From Polyangia bacterium (GTDB taxonomy: Bacteria; Myxococcota_A; Polyangia; Fen-1088), in NCBI GenBank assembly GCA_036267635.1, contig DATAVR010000089.1, forward strand, positions 65,034 to 129,033: a DNA stretch of 64,000 nucleotides. Reading direction: 5' to 3'. Shown here one piece after another: positions 47,012-56,010 of this stretch (position 1 is the first letter of the stretch; every line of letters starts with the position of its first letter). A program made the translations under genes and the position numbers. The notes under the pieces are model-generated. The model was not told where the DNA came from. It ran no database searches and was given only the letters and a program-made list of their open reading frames with translations.

Positions 47012-48465
47012 GGCTTGTGCTCGGACTGCGGCGCGAGCGGCCACCGCGTCGCGCGGTCGGCGACGACGTAGGCCATCGTCGCCATCGCCGCCACGTTTCG
47101 TCCCAGCGTCGCCGGATCGATCTTCTCCAGCGTGTCGGCGACCGAATGGTGGACGTCGAAGTAGTGGGTGGGGTCGGAGAAGAGGCCCAAAAGGGGCACC
47201 CCTGCCGGACGCAAGTGCGAGATGTCCGCGCCCGAGAATCCGGTGTCGATCGACGTCGCGCCGAGCGGCGCCACCAGCGCGACGAGGCCACGTAGGTCCG
47301 TGACCGCCTCGGGCGCGGCGTCGATTCGGAAGCCGAGCGGCGTGCCGGCGCCGATGTCGGTCTCGAACGCGGCCACGTGCCGGGAGAGCTCCTGGGCGTG
47401 CGCCTCGGCGTAGGTCTTGCCGCCCTGGGCCCCCTCCTCTTCGGAGGTGAAGAGCACCGCCCGGATCGTGCGGCGCGGAATCAGGCCGAGCCGCCGCAGC
47501 GTCGCCAGCGACTCCATGACGATCGCGCAGCCGGCGCCGTCGTCCTGCGCCCCTTCGCCGACGTCCCAGGAATCGATGTGGGCGCCGATGACGACGATCT
47601 CTTCGGGGTGCTCGCGGCCGCGCAGCTCCGCCAGGACATTGAATGACGGCGCGTCGGGCAGCGGCCCGTCCTCCAGCACCAGGTGGACGTTGACCGGCGC
47701 GCCGCGCGCCACCAGCCGCGCCAGCAGCTCGGCGTCCTCGACCGACACCGCCGCCGCCGGGATCTGCGGCCCCGGTCCGTAGTGCATCTGACCCGCGTGT
47801 GGCGCGCCCAAGCTGGCCGAGGCGAGCGAGCGCACCAGCGTCGCGACCGCGCCGAGCGCCGCCGCGCGCGTCGGCCCCTCGGTTCGGGTGGGCACCAGCT
47901 CCCCGTAGCCGGCCGCGGCGTTCGGCACCGCCGGGGGCATGCGGAAGGGACGATTGAAGAGCACGATCTTTCCGCGCGCCGCCGGGCCCAGCTTGGCCAG
48001 CTCCTCGAGCGACGAGACGACCGCGACCTCGGCGGTGAGGCCGCCCGGCGGTGTCGCCACGCTGCCGCCGAGCCCGAGGATCGCCAGCCGGCGCGACTCG
48101 GAGCCGCCGACGATCTCGGCCGACTCCTTGCCACGTTCCCAGATCGGCACCCGCACCGGATCGAGCGCCACGTTCTCCTGCCCGTCGGCGACGAAGGTGT
48201 CGTGCGCCCAGACGATCGCTTTTTCCAGCGCGGGCGAGCCGGTCTTCCGTGGCCCGAACAGATCCGCCAGCGCCGCCACCCGCCGGTAGGCCGCCTCGCC
48301 CGTCCGCGTGGCGTCGGCGATCCGCGCGGCGGCGGCCCGGTAGTTGGCGAGGTCGGCGGGCGGTGTGGTCGTCCCCGTCGTCGGCTCCGGCCGATGGCAA
48401 CCGAGCGCGCCGGCGGTGATCAAGAGGACGGCGGCGCCGACGGTTCGATGCGAGACGGGATCCAC
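47008..48465 (-). CDS. M28-family aminopeptidase lipoprotein with a PA domain
   Basis: VLLITAGALGC lipobox after GTG 48465. GAHIDSWDVGEGAQDDGAG and FTSEEEGAQGG blocks. The track start at 48666 would add a 67-aa cytoplasmic leader made of repeat sequence. Confidence 0.85.
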   Translation of the reverse strand: MDPVSHRTVGAAVLLITAGALGCHRPEPTTGTTTPPADLANYRAAAARIADATRTGEAAYRRVAALADLFGPRKTGSPALEKAIVWAHDTFVADGQENVALDPVRVPIWERGKESAEIVGGSESRRLAILGLGGSVATPPGGLTAEVAVVSSLEELAKLGPAARGKIVLFNRPFRMPPAVPNAAAGYGELVPTRTEGPTRAAALGAVATLVRSLASASLGAPHAGQMHYGPGPQIPAAAVSVEDAELLARLVARGAPVNVHLVLEDGPLPDAPSFNVLAELRGREHPEEIVVIGAHIDSWDVGEGAQDDGAGCAIVMESLATLRRLGLIPRRTIRAVLFTSEEEGAQGGKTYAEAHAQELSRHVAAFETDIGAGTPLGFRIDAAPEAVTDLRGLVALVAPLGATSIDTGFSGADISHLRPAGVPLLGLFSDPTHYFDVHHSVADTLEKIDPATLGRNVAAMATMAYVVADRATRWPLAPQSEHKP

Positions 48466-48557
48466 GATGGGAGAACCATACGGGCGATCGCCTTCGGCTG
48501 AAAGATGCCGCCAGATCCGGCTTGCCCCGGCGATCGGGGAGGGTGCACCATCGCGGG

Positions 48558-49316
48558 ATGACGTCGAGACATTTTCGAGTGGGCGCTGTTCGAGTGGGCG
48601 CTGTTCGAGCGGGCGCTGTTCGAGCGGGCGCTGTCGGGTCGGTGTTGTTGCTTTGTGCGTTGACACTGGGCGGCTGCGGCCCGTCGATCGATCCGGCGGC
48701 CAAGGCCGACATCGACGGCCGGGTGGCGGCGCTGCAGTCAGGGGGCAGAACGCTCCCCGCGCCGCAGTCGTTCGAACCCATGCCGCTCGCCGCCGGGCAG
48801 TGGTCCCAGTACAAGATGATCGACGACAAGGGGCTGCCGTCGTTCCTGACCTACAAGGTCCTCGGGGAGGAGGGGGGCGCCTTCTGGATCGAGACGCTGC
48901 ACGAGAGCTACACCGGGCGGACGGCGCAGAAGCTGCTCATCGCCTTCGGCAGCCGGACCGATCCCAGCCAGATCGAAATTCGCGCCGTCGTCACCCTCGA
49001 CCGACGCGGCACCGTCAACCCGATGCCGCCGACGATGATGCCCCTCATGCAGTCGATGCTCAAAGGCGTCGTTTCGTCGCTGGTGATCTACTGGCAGGGT
49101 TTGCCGCAGGAGTCGGCCACCGTGCCGGCCGGCCGCTTCGAGGGCTGCTACCACGCCCGCAACGAGGCGCAGTGGGGCCCCTGGACGAGCATGACCGATT
49201 CCTGGCGGCACCCGGCGGTTCCGCTCTCCGGCGTGGTCCGCAGCCAGGGGGTCGACCGCCCGTTCACGATGGAGCTGGTCGCCTTCGGAACGACCGGCGC
49301 GACGCCCGACTTCTAG
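48558..49316 (+). CDS. Hypothetical lipoprotein whose signal-peptide n-region is built from the 15-bp repeat
   Basis: MTSRHF(RVGAV)2(RAGAV)2GSVLLLCALTLGGC. The mature part has high GC3. Confidence 0.65.
   Translation: MTSRHFRVGAVRVGAVRAGAVRAGAVGSVLLLCALTLGGCGPSIDPAAKADIDGRVAALQSGGRTLPAPQSFEPMPLAAGQWSQYKMIDDKGLPSFLTYKVLGEEGGAFWIETLHESYTGRTAQKLLIAFGSRTDPSQIEIRAVVTLDRRGTVNPMPPTMMPLMQSMLKGVVSSLVIYWQGLPQESATVPAGRFEGCYHARNEAQWGPWTSMTDSWRHPAVPLSGVVRSQGVDRPFTMELVAFGTTGATPDF
48576..48635. repeat. 15-bp tandem repeat x4 (CGAGYGGGCGCTGTT)
   Basis: Units at 48576, 48591, 48606 and 48621. It encodes RVGAV-RVGAV-RAGAV-RAGAV on the plus strand and QRPLE x4 on the minus strand. Confidence 0.95.
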
Positions 49317-49409
49317 CCAAGAGGCGCGGCCGGCGCCGGTCCGCCCTGCGCACTTCGGTGGCTCTGCGCTCTTCCGCTGGCGCAGATGGGCGCCACCTTG
49401 TCTGGAACC

Positions 49410-49856
49410 ATGGGCCGCCGCCCGCTGTTCGTGCCTGCGCTCGCCTTCGCCGTCGTCGTTGCCGCCTGCTCGAGCAGCGGAAGCCCGGCGATAGACGCCG
49501 CGCTGGTCACCGGCCCTTCGGGTACGACCTCCACGACGAACGGCGCGGGCGGAGCTCCGGCCGGCGGCAGCACGGGCGGCTCAGCCGGTGGAGCTGCGGG
49601 CGGCCGCGGCGCGGGCGGCGCGTCGTCGAACGGCGGCAGCGCGGGCCAGGCGAGCGGCGCGGGCGGACGTCTGGGGATGGCCGGAGCATTCGGCGGGGGA
49701 GGGAGCGGCTCGGGCGGGTTCACTGCGCTCGGAGCGGGCGGTTCGGCCTTCTGTGCTGGAGGCGGGGCCAGCTGCGAGGCGCTCCCTTGCTGCGGCTCGT
49801 TTCATTGCTGCAGCAGCGCGACCACCCGCACCTGCGAGTCGGTCTGCCCGAACTGA
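49410..49856 (+). CDS. Small lipoprotein: Gly-rich tether plus an 8-Cys C-terminal mini-domain
   Basis: MGRRPLFVPALAFAVVVAAC. C-terminus FCAGGGASCEALPCCGSFHCCSSATTRTCESVCPN. Confidence 0.55.
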   Translation: MGRRPLFVPALAFAVVVAACSSSGSPAIDAALVTGPSGTTSTTNGAGGAPAGGSTGGSAGGAAGGRGAGGASSNGGSAGQASGAGGRLGMAGAFGGGGSGSGGFTALGAGGSAFCAGGGASCEALPCCGSFHCCSSATTRTCESVCPN

Positions 49857-49910
49857 CCTCGGTCGTTTCCCCACCGATTCGGTCTCGCGCCAAGTATCCT
49901 TTGCGGCCGC

Positions 49911-51530
49911 GTGATTCGCCTCGACCAGATCAGCAAGCAGCACGGACCGCAGATCCTCTTCGTCGACGCCTCGGCGGCGCTGTTTCGCGGCGAGAAGATC
50001 GGGCTCGTCGGACCCAACGGCGCCGGCAAGTCGACCATCTTTCGGATGATCATGCGCGAGGAGTCGCCCGACGACGGCCAGGTCTCGGTGGAGAAGAACA
50101 TCAGCATCGGCTACTTCAGCCAGGACGTCGGCGAGATGAAGGGGCGGCCGGTCGTCGCCGAGGTGATGGCGGGCGCCGGCGCGGTGTCGGTGGTCGCCGC
50201 CGAGCTGAAGACGCTGGAGGACGCGCTGGCCGATCCAACCCGCGCCGACGAGCTGGACAAGATCCTCGCCCGCTTCGGCGAGGTGCAGGCGCGCTTCGAC
50301 GAGCTCGGCGGCTACGCGCTGGAAGCGCGGGCGCGCGAGATCCTGGCTGGCCTCGGGTTCTCGCAGGAGGTCATGGACGGCGACGTCGGCAACCTCTCGG
50401 GCGGCTGGAAGATGCGGGTGGCGCTGGCGCGAATTCTGCTCATGCGCCCCGACGCCATGCTGCTCGACGAGCCGTCCAACCACCTGGACCTGGAGTCGCT
50501 CATCTGGCTGGAGGGGTTCCTCAAGGGATACGAAGGCGCGCTCTTGATGACCTCGCACGATCGCGAGTTCCTCAACCGGATCGTGGGGCGGATCATCGAG
50601 ATCGACGGCGGCGTGCTGACCAGCTTCTCGGGCAACCACGACTTTTACGAGAAGCAGCGGGCGCAGAACGAGGTGCAGGCCCAGGCGGCCTTCGATCGGC
50701 AGCAGGCCATGCTGGCCAAGGAGATGCGCTTCATCGAGCGCTTCAAGGCGCAGGCGGCCAAGGCGTCGCAGGTCCAGTCGAGGGTGAAGAAGCTCGACAA
50801 GATAGAAAAGGTCGAGCCGCCCAAGCGGCGGAAGGCCCTGGCCTTCGAGTTCCCCCCCTGCGCGCGCTCGGGGGAGGACGTGGTCAAGATCGCCGGCGTG
50901 CACAAGCGCTACGGCTCGCGCGTCGTTTACCAGGGGCTGGACCTGGCGATTCGCCGCAAGGAGCGCTGGGCGATCATGGGGGTGAACGGCGCCGGCAAGT
51001 CGACGCTGCTCAAGCTGATCGCCGGTGAGACGGCCCCCGACGACGGGAGCGTCAACGTCGGGCCGAGCGTGAAGCTCGGCTACTTCGCGCAGCACGCGAT
51101 GGACATCCTCGATCCCGAAAAGACGGTCTACGGGTCGCTGGAGGAGGCGTTCCCGCTGGCCAGCGTCGGCGCGCTCAAGACGCTGGCCGGCTGCTTCGGG
51201 TTCTCCGGTGACGACGTCGACAAGAGCTGCCGCATCCTCTCGGGCGGCGAGAAGGCGCGCCTGGTGCTGGCGCGCATCCTCTACGCGCGGCCGAACTTCC
51301 TGGTGCTCGACGAGCCGACGAACCACCTCGACATCGCCACCAAGGACATGATCGTCCGCTCGCTCGGCGACTACGACGGCACGATGCTGTTCGTGTCGCA
51401 CGATCGCCAGTTCCTGGCCAAGCTGTCGAACCGCGTCCTCGAGCTCGGCCCCGACGGCCCGACGCTCTACGGCGGCGGCTACCTCGAATACGTCGCGCGC
51501 AGCGGCCACGAGGCGCCGGGGCTGCGCTGA
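49911..51530 (+). CDS. ABC-F family ATPase (two NBDs, no TMD)
   Basis: Two Walker A motifs (GPNGAGKST, GVNGAGKST), two LSGG signatures and an interdomain linker. GTG start. Confidence 0.95.
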   Translation: MIRLDQISKQHGPQILFVDASAALFRGEKIGLVGPNGAGKSTIFRMIMREESPDDGQVSVEKNISIGYFSQDVGEMKGRPVVAEVMAGAGAVSVVAAELKTLEDALADPTRADELDKILARFGEVQARFDELGGYALEARAREILAGLGFSQEVMDGDVGNLSGGWKMRVALARILLMRPDAMLLDEPSNHLDLESLIWLEGFLKGYEGALLMTSHDREFLNRIVGRIIEIDGGVLTSFSGNHDFYEKQRAQNEVQAQAAFDRQQAMLAKEMRFIERFKAQAAKASQVQSRVKKLDKIEKVEPPKRRKALAFEFPPCARSGEDVVKIAGVHKRYGSRVVYQGLDLAIRRKERWAIMGVNGAGKSTLLKLIAGETAPDDGSVNVGPSVKLGYFAQHAMDILDPEKTVYGSLEEAFPLASVGALKTLAGCFGFSGDDVDKSCRILSGGEKARLVLARILYARPNFLVLDEPTNHLDIATKDMIVRSLGDYDGTMLFVSHDRQFLAKLSNRVLELGPDGPTLYGGGYLEYVARSGHEAPGLR

Positions 51531-51570
51531 TTGCTCCGCGCCTAGGCGCGAGTCGGACTATTGTTCGGCC

Positions 51571-52263
51571 ATGCCACTCACCGCCGTTGCAGTCGATCTG
51601 TGGTCGCACGTCCACCGCCAGCGACTTCCGGGCGGCGCGATCATGCAGGCGCGGATGAACGTCGTCCGGCTGGGCGACGGCGCCCTGCTGGTCCATTCAC
51701 CGACACCGGTCGACGATTCGTTGGCTGCCGAGATCGCGGCGCTGGGCGACGTGGGATACGTCGTCGCGCCCAACTGCTTTCACCACCTGCACGTCACACC
51801 GTTCCTGACGCGCTTCCCGGGTGCCAAGGTCTACGGTGCGCCTGGGCTGGCGCAGAAGCGCCCGGACCTGACGCTGGCGGGCACGTTGGACGATGGGGCC
51901 GCGGTGCCCTGGGCGGGTCTCCTCGACCAGATCGCGCTCGGGGGCGCGCCCAAGCTGAACGAGGTGGTCTTCCTTCACCGTGCCTCGCGCTCTCTGCTGG
52001 TGACCGATCTCCTTTTCAACGTCACCGCGCCGGACAACTGGGCGACCGGGCTGGTCTTGCGGCTCATGGGGACCTACAAACGCCTGGGTCCCAACCGCCT
52101 CTTGCGGTGGCGGCTGACCAAGGATCGGCGCGCGCTCAAGGCCAGCGTCGAACGGATGTTGGCCTGGGACTTCGTGCGCGTGCTTCCGGGGCACGGCGAG
52201 GTGTTCGAGTCGCCCGAGGCGCGCGAGCGGGCGCGCGCCGCACTTGGCTGGGTCCTCGCCTGA
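51571..52263 (+). CDS. DUF4336-family (metallo-beta-lactamase-fold-like) protein
   Basis: MNVVRLGDGALLVHSP...VVAPNCFHHLH...EVVFLHRASRSLLVTDLLFN matches the family pattern I recall. Confidence 0.75.
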   Translation: MPLTAVAVDLWSHVHRQRLPGGAIMQARMNVVRLGDGALLVHSPTPVDDSLAAEIAALGDVGYVVAPNCFHHLHVTPFLTRFPGAKVYGAPGLAQKRPDLTLAGTLDDGAAVPWAGLLDQIALGGAPKLNEVVFLHRASRSLLVTDLLFNVTAPDNWATGLVLRLMGTYKRLGPNRLLRWRLTKDRRALKASVERMLAWDFVRVLPGHGEVFESPEARERARAALGWVLA

Positions 52264-53348
52264 TGACGCTCCCGGTCCCGCCGCCGGTCTTGCCGATGCT
52301 CTCCAAGCGGATCGCGGAGCTTCCGGAGGGGGACGGCTGGATCTTCGAGCCCAAGTGGGACGGCTTTCGGGCGCTCATCTTCCGCGACGGCGACGAGCTG
52401 ACGATCCAGAGCCGCGACGACAAGACGCTCAATCGCTATTTCCCCGAGCTGGTCGCGACGCTGAAGGCGCAGCTTCCCGCGCGCTGCGTGCTCGACGGCG
52501 AGATCGTGCTCGTGCGCGGCTCGGGGCTCGACTTCGAGATGCTGCAGCAGCGCATTCATCCGGCCGCCTCGCGGGTGAAGCTGCTGGCGGCGGAGATCCC
52601 GGTCTCGATCGTCTTCTTCGATCTGCTGTGCGACGGCGATCGCGATCTGCGCGGCGTCCCGTTTCGCGAGCGGCGGGCGCTGCTCGAGGCGCGGCTCGGG
52701 GACGCGCAGCCGCCGATTCACCTCACGCCCGCCACCACCGACCGCGCCGTGGCCGGCGACTGGTTCAAGCGCTTCGAGGGCGCCGGGCTCGACGGCGTGA
52801 TGGCCAAGCCGGCCGCCGGCCTCTACGAGTCGAACAAGCGCGTGATGTTCAAGGTCAAGCACGAGCGCGAGTGCGATTGCGTGGTGGCCGGGTTTCGCTG
52901 GCACGCCAAAGGCGAAAAGACCGCTGTCGGGTCGTTGCTGCTCGGCCTCTACGACGACGACGGCAAGCTGCAACATGTCGGCGTCGCCGCCAGCTTCACG
53001 GCCGCCAAGCGGATCGAGCTGGTCGACCTGTTGGCCCCTTATCGCCAGCGCGCCGTCGCCGACCATCCGTGGAAGGAGTGGGCGATGGCGCAACAGCTGG
53101 AGGGGGAGGGCCACCGCGTCCCCGGCGTGAAGAGCCGCTGGAGCCAGGGAAAGGACCTGTCGTGGGAGCCGCTCCGCGCCGAGCTGGTCGCCGAGGTCGC
53201 CTACGAGCACATGCAAGGGTCGCGCTTCCGCCACACGGCGCACTTCCGCCGCTGGCGCCCCGACAAGAACCCGCGCGACTGTACCTACGAGCAGCTGGAG
53301 GTCGTCGCCCCCCACGAGCTGGCCGCCATCTTCGCCGCCGGCCGCTGA
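52263..53348 (+). CDS. Stand-alone ATP-dependent DNA ligase (LigC-type)
   Basis: EPKWDGFRAL (motif I, KxDG), GEIV, EGVMAK-like GLDGVMAK, and an OB-fold tail. The ATG overlaps the upstream TGA by 1 nt. Confidence 0.9.
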   Translation: MTLPVPPPVLPMLSKRIAELPEGDGWIFEPKWDGFRALIFRDGDELTIQSRDDKTLNRYFPELVATLKAQLPARCVLDGEIVLVRGSGLDFEMLQQRIHPAASRVKLLAAEIPVSIVFFDLLCDGDRDLRGVPFRERRALLEARLGDAQPPIHLTPATTDRAVAGDWFKRFEGAGLDGVMAKPAAGLYESNKRVMFKVKHERECDCVVAGFRWHAKGEKTAVGSLLLGLYDDDGKLQHVGVAASFTAAKRIELVDLLAPYRQRAVADHPWKEWAMAQQLEGEGHRVPGVKSRWSQGKDLSWEPLRAELVAEVAYEHMQGSRFRHTAHFRRWRPDKNPRDCTYEQLEVVAPHELAAIFAAGR

Positions 53349-53428
53349 ACAAATCGACGGTGACACCGGTCACCACGTGCCGTTATTTCGACCAACCTCG
53401 GCCGTCGCGGCACTAACCGGATGGACCG

Positions 53429-53902
53429 ATGGAAGATCAACGGGCGGCGTTCACGGACGGTGCCGTCGACCAGCCGTTCTCGGAGCTGATCCGCGAATGG
53501 TTGGACGAGGGTGATCGACAGAGCGAGAGCGTGGGCCAGGTATCGACGGCGTCGTCGCCCGGAGCCGAGGCGCCGCTGCGACAACGTCTGCAGCGGTTGT
53601 GGGCGGGGATCGATCGCCATCGAGTCCTGGTCCTCGCCGTTGTCGGCCTGCTTCCGCTCGCGCTGTTCACGGTCACGCATCGCGCGGCCTCGAGCGTCTC
53701 GACGACGACGCGCGTGCCGCTCGCGGTCAGCGTTCCGCTCGCGGTGTCGACGACGGTGAGCGCTCCGCTCCCGGTGAATGCCGCGGAATCGCGTCTGCGG
53801 GTGGTCCCCCCGCCGCGGGCGGCGTCAGTCAGGCTTCCGGAGCACCGAGCGGAAAAGCGCCGGGGTCATCCCCATCGTTCGGTCGCGCACCGGCCGCGCT
53901 GA
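53429..53902 (+). CDS. Hypothetical single-pass membrane protein
   Basis: Acidic N-terminus and a TM segment VLVLAVVGLLPLALF. GC3 is acceptable. No homology recognised. Confidence 0.4.
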   Translation: MEDQRAAFTDGAVDQPFSELIREWLDEGDRQSESVGQVSTASSPGAEAPLRQRLQRLWAGIDRHRVLVLAVVGLLPLALFTVTHRAASSVSTTTRVPLAVSVPLAVSTTVSAPLPVNAAESRLRVVPPPRAASVRLPEHRAEKRRGHPHRSVAHRPR

Positions 53903-53925
53903 GCCGCCCGAGCCCTCCGTCGCGC

Positions 53926-54450
53926 CTACCCCGCCGATCGGTCGCGGAATCTCCGCATGCCGGGGTACGACGCCCGCGTCGGCGAGGGCACGGCAGCGCT
54001 CTCGCTGGGCGCGGTCTGCTCCGCTGTCCTCTCGACGGCCGGAGCGGGGCGCATGGCCGCCTGAACCTGCGCGACAGCGGCGGAAATACGGCGGCAGACC
54101 AGGTTGACGGCCATCCGCAGCGCCGGCATGTTCACGCGCCCCGTGACGACGACGCAGAGCAGGCCGCCCGAAACCCATTTCAGGTAGACGCGGTGGTCGC
54201 CGTAGCGAACGAGCGCCATGTCCAGCTCGTCGCCGACCGCGGCGAAGGCCTCGCCCATCCGGAGCAGTCGGCTGCCCGCTTCGCTGAGCACGCTGTCCTC
54301 GAAGAGCGCGGGGATCTCCCGCGCGAGCAGACGGCCACCTTCGGCGCAAACGAAGCTGCCGGCGACCCCGCCCACGTCCCTCAGCGTGGCGAGGCTGCTG
54401 CGAATCCCCTCGGTGAGCTCCTGAAGCTCGGCATCGGTCGCGGCGTTCAA
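53926..54450 (-). CDS. Roadblock/LC7 (MglB-like) domain protein
   Basis: LATLRDVGGVAGSFVCAEGGRLLARE...ALVRYGDHRVYLKWVSGGLLCVVVTGRVNMPALRMAV fits the Robl_LC7 pattern. The only plausible start is TTG 54450, which overlaps the amt stop (TTGA). Confidence 0.65.
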   Translation of the reverse strand: MNAATDAELQELTEGIRSSLATLRDVGGVAGSFVCAEGGRLLAREIPALFEDSVLSEAGSRLLRMGEAFAAVGDELDMALVRYGDHRVYLKWVSGGLLCVVVTGRVNMPALRMAVNLVCRRISAAVAQVQAAMRPAPAVERTAEQTAPSESAAVPSPTRASYPGMRRFRDRSAG

Positions 54451-55865
54451 AGCTTGGCCACCGAGTCGGGCATGGCTTCGGTGCTGTATCCCTCCATCCC
54501 CATCTCGGGGACGTCGAGGCCGAGCTGTTCCGTCTCGCTCGAGACGCGGTTGCCGGCCAGCGCCCCCGCCACCTTGAGCGCCAGGTAGGTGACGAACCCG
54601 ACCCACAAGACGTTGGCGATGAGGCCCACGCATTCGGCGAGAAACTGCGAGGGGTCACCGTAGAAGAGCCCCCGGACCGGCCCGGGGACGCCGTTCCACC
54701 CGTCGCCGTAGCGGCCGTCGGCGAACAGGCCGAGCGAGAGAATTCCCCAGGCGCCGCAGACTCCGTGCACCGACGACGCGCCCACCGGGTCGTCGATCTT
54801 GAGCACGTTCTCGATGAACATCGCGGAGACGACGACCAGGACCCCCGCCACCAGGCCGATGAAGATGGCTATCGGCGCGGTCACGAAGGCGCAGGGCGCG
54901 GTGATGGCGACCAGTCCGGCCAGCATCCCGTTGCAGAGCATGCTGACGTCGGGCGTTCCGAACCGGAACATCATGTAGAGGTAAGCGCCGAAGGCGCCGG
55001 TGGCCGAAGCCAGCATGGTGTTCACGGCGATGACGGCGATGTGGGTGTCGGTGCCCGACAGGGTCGACCCGGGGTTGAACCCGAACCAACCGAACGCGAG
55101 GATGAAGGTCCCGAGCACCGCCATCGGAATGTTGTGACCGGGAATCGGGACGGCCTTCCCGCTGGCGGTGTACTTGCCGATGCGCGGGCCCATCATCTTG
55201 GCCCCGACCAGCGCCGCCACGCCCCCGACCATGTGGACGACGGAGCTCCCGGCGAAGTCGACGTGGCCGTGGCCGAGGCCGAAGTTGTGCCCGAGCTGCG
55301 ACAGCCAGCCGCCGCCCCAGACCCAGTTGGCGTAGATGGGATAGATGATGGTGGAGAGGATGAAGCTGAAGATCACGAACGAGGTGAACTTCCAGCGCTC
55401 GGCCATGGCGCCCGTCGGGATGGTGGCGGCGGTGTCCATGAAGACCATCTGAAACAGGAAGAGGGCCGCCACCGGCGCGGTGTAAACGGCGGGCGAGAGG
55501 AAGAAGCCCCGCATCCCGAACAGACCGAAGGCCTTGCCGCCGATCTGGATGACCAGCTCGCTCGAGAGGGTTGCATCGTTGCTGAAGGTGGAGAGGGCGC
55601 CGACGCCGCCCATCTGGAGGGCGAACCCCATGGCCCAAAAACCGATGATCCCGATCGAGTAGACGAGGAAGTTCATCCCCATCGTGTGGGCGACGTTTTT
55701 CGCCCGGGTCAGGCCCGTCTCGACCAGCGCGAACCCGGCCTGCATGAACATGACGAGGAAGCCCGTCACCAGGGTCCAGACGATGTTCAACGCGGTCTGG
55801 CCGGAGAGCACCAGCTCACGCGTCTCTGCGAGGCCCTTGGCCAGATCAGCGACGTTTGCGTCCAC
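54447..55865 (-). CDS. amt: Ammonium transporter
   Basis: MQAGFALVETG, DFAGSSVVH and HGVCGAWG blocks. About 11 TM segments. Confidence 0.95.
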   Translation of the reverse strand: MDANVADLAKGLAETRELVLSGQTALNIVWTLVTGFLVMFMQAGFALVETGLTRAKNVAHTMGMNFLVYSIGIIGFWAMGFALQMGGVGALSTFSNDATLSSELVIQIGGKAFGLFGMRGFFLSPAVYTAPVAALFLFQMVFMDTAATIPTGAMAERWKFTSFVIFSFILSTIIYPIYANWVWGGGWLSQLGHNFGLGHGHVDFAGSSVVHMVGGVAALVGAKMMGPRIGKYTASGKAVPIPGHNIPMAVLGTFILAFGWFGFNPGSTLSGTDTHIAVIAVNTMLASATGAFGAYLYMMFRFGTPDVSMLCNGMLAGLVAITAPCAFVTAPIAIFIGLVAGVLVVVSAMFIENVLKIDDPVGASSVHGVCGAWGILSLGLFADGRYGDGWNGVPGPVRGLFYGDPSQFLAECVGLIANVLWVGFVTYLALKVAGALAGNRVSSETEQLGLDVPEMGMEGYSTEAMPDSVAKL

Positions 55866-56010
55866 GCGGGGCCCAGATTCTCAGAAGTCCGGTCAAGAGC
55901 TGGTTTCCAAGCCGCTCTTGTTGCGTTGCCTCCTGGTGGCGTTCTGATGGCTGGCGCGTGCCGCTGTGGTGACTCGACCGATCTGCGGCCGGTCGTTGCG
56001 GTCAGCTGCC

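Noticed and set aside
42809-49856. A RiPP or other biosynthetic cluster seeded by small Cys-rich ORFs (42809..42985, 49410..49856).
   Set aside because: No radical-SAM, YcaO, lanthipeptide synthetase, dedicated protease or transporter genes are adjacent. The 49410 product has a lipoprotein signal rather than a leader peptide.
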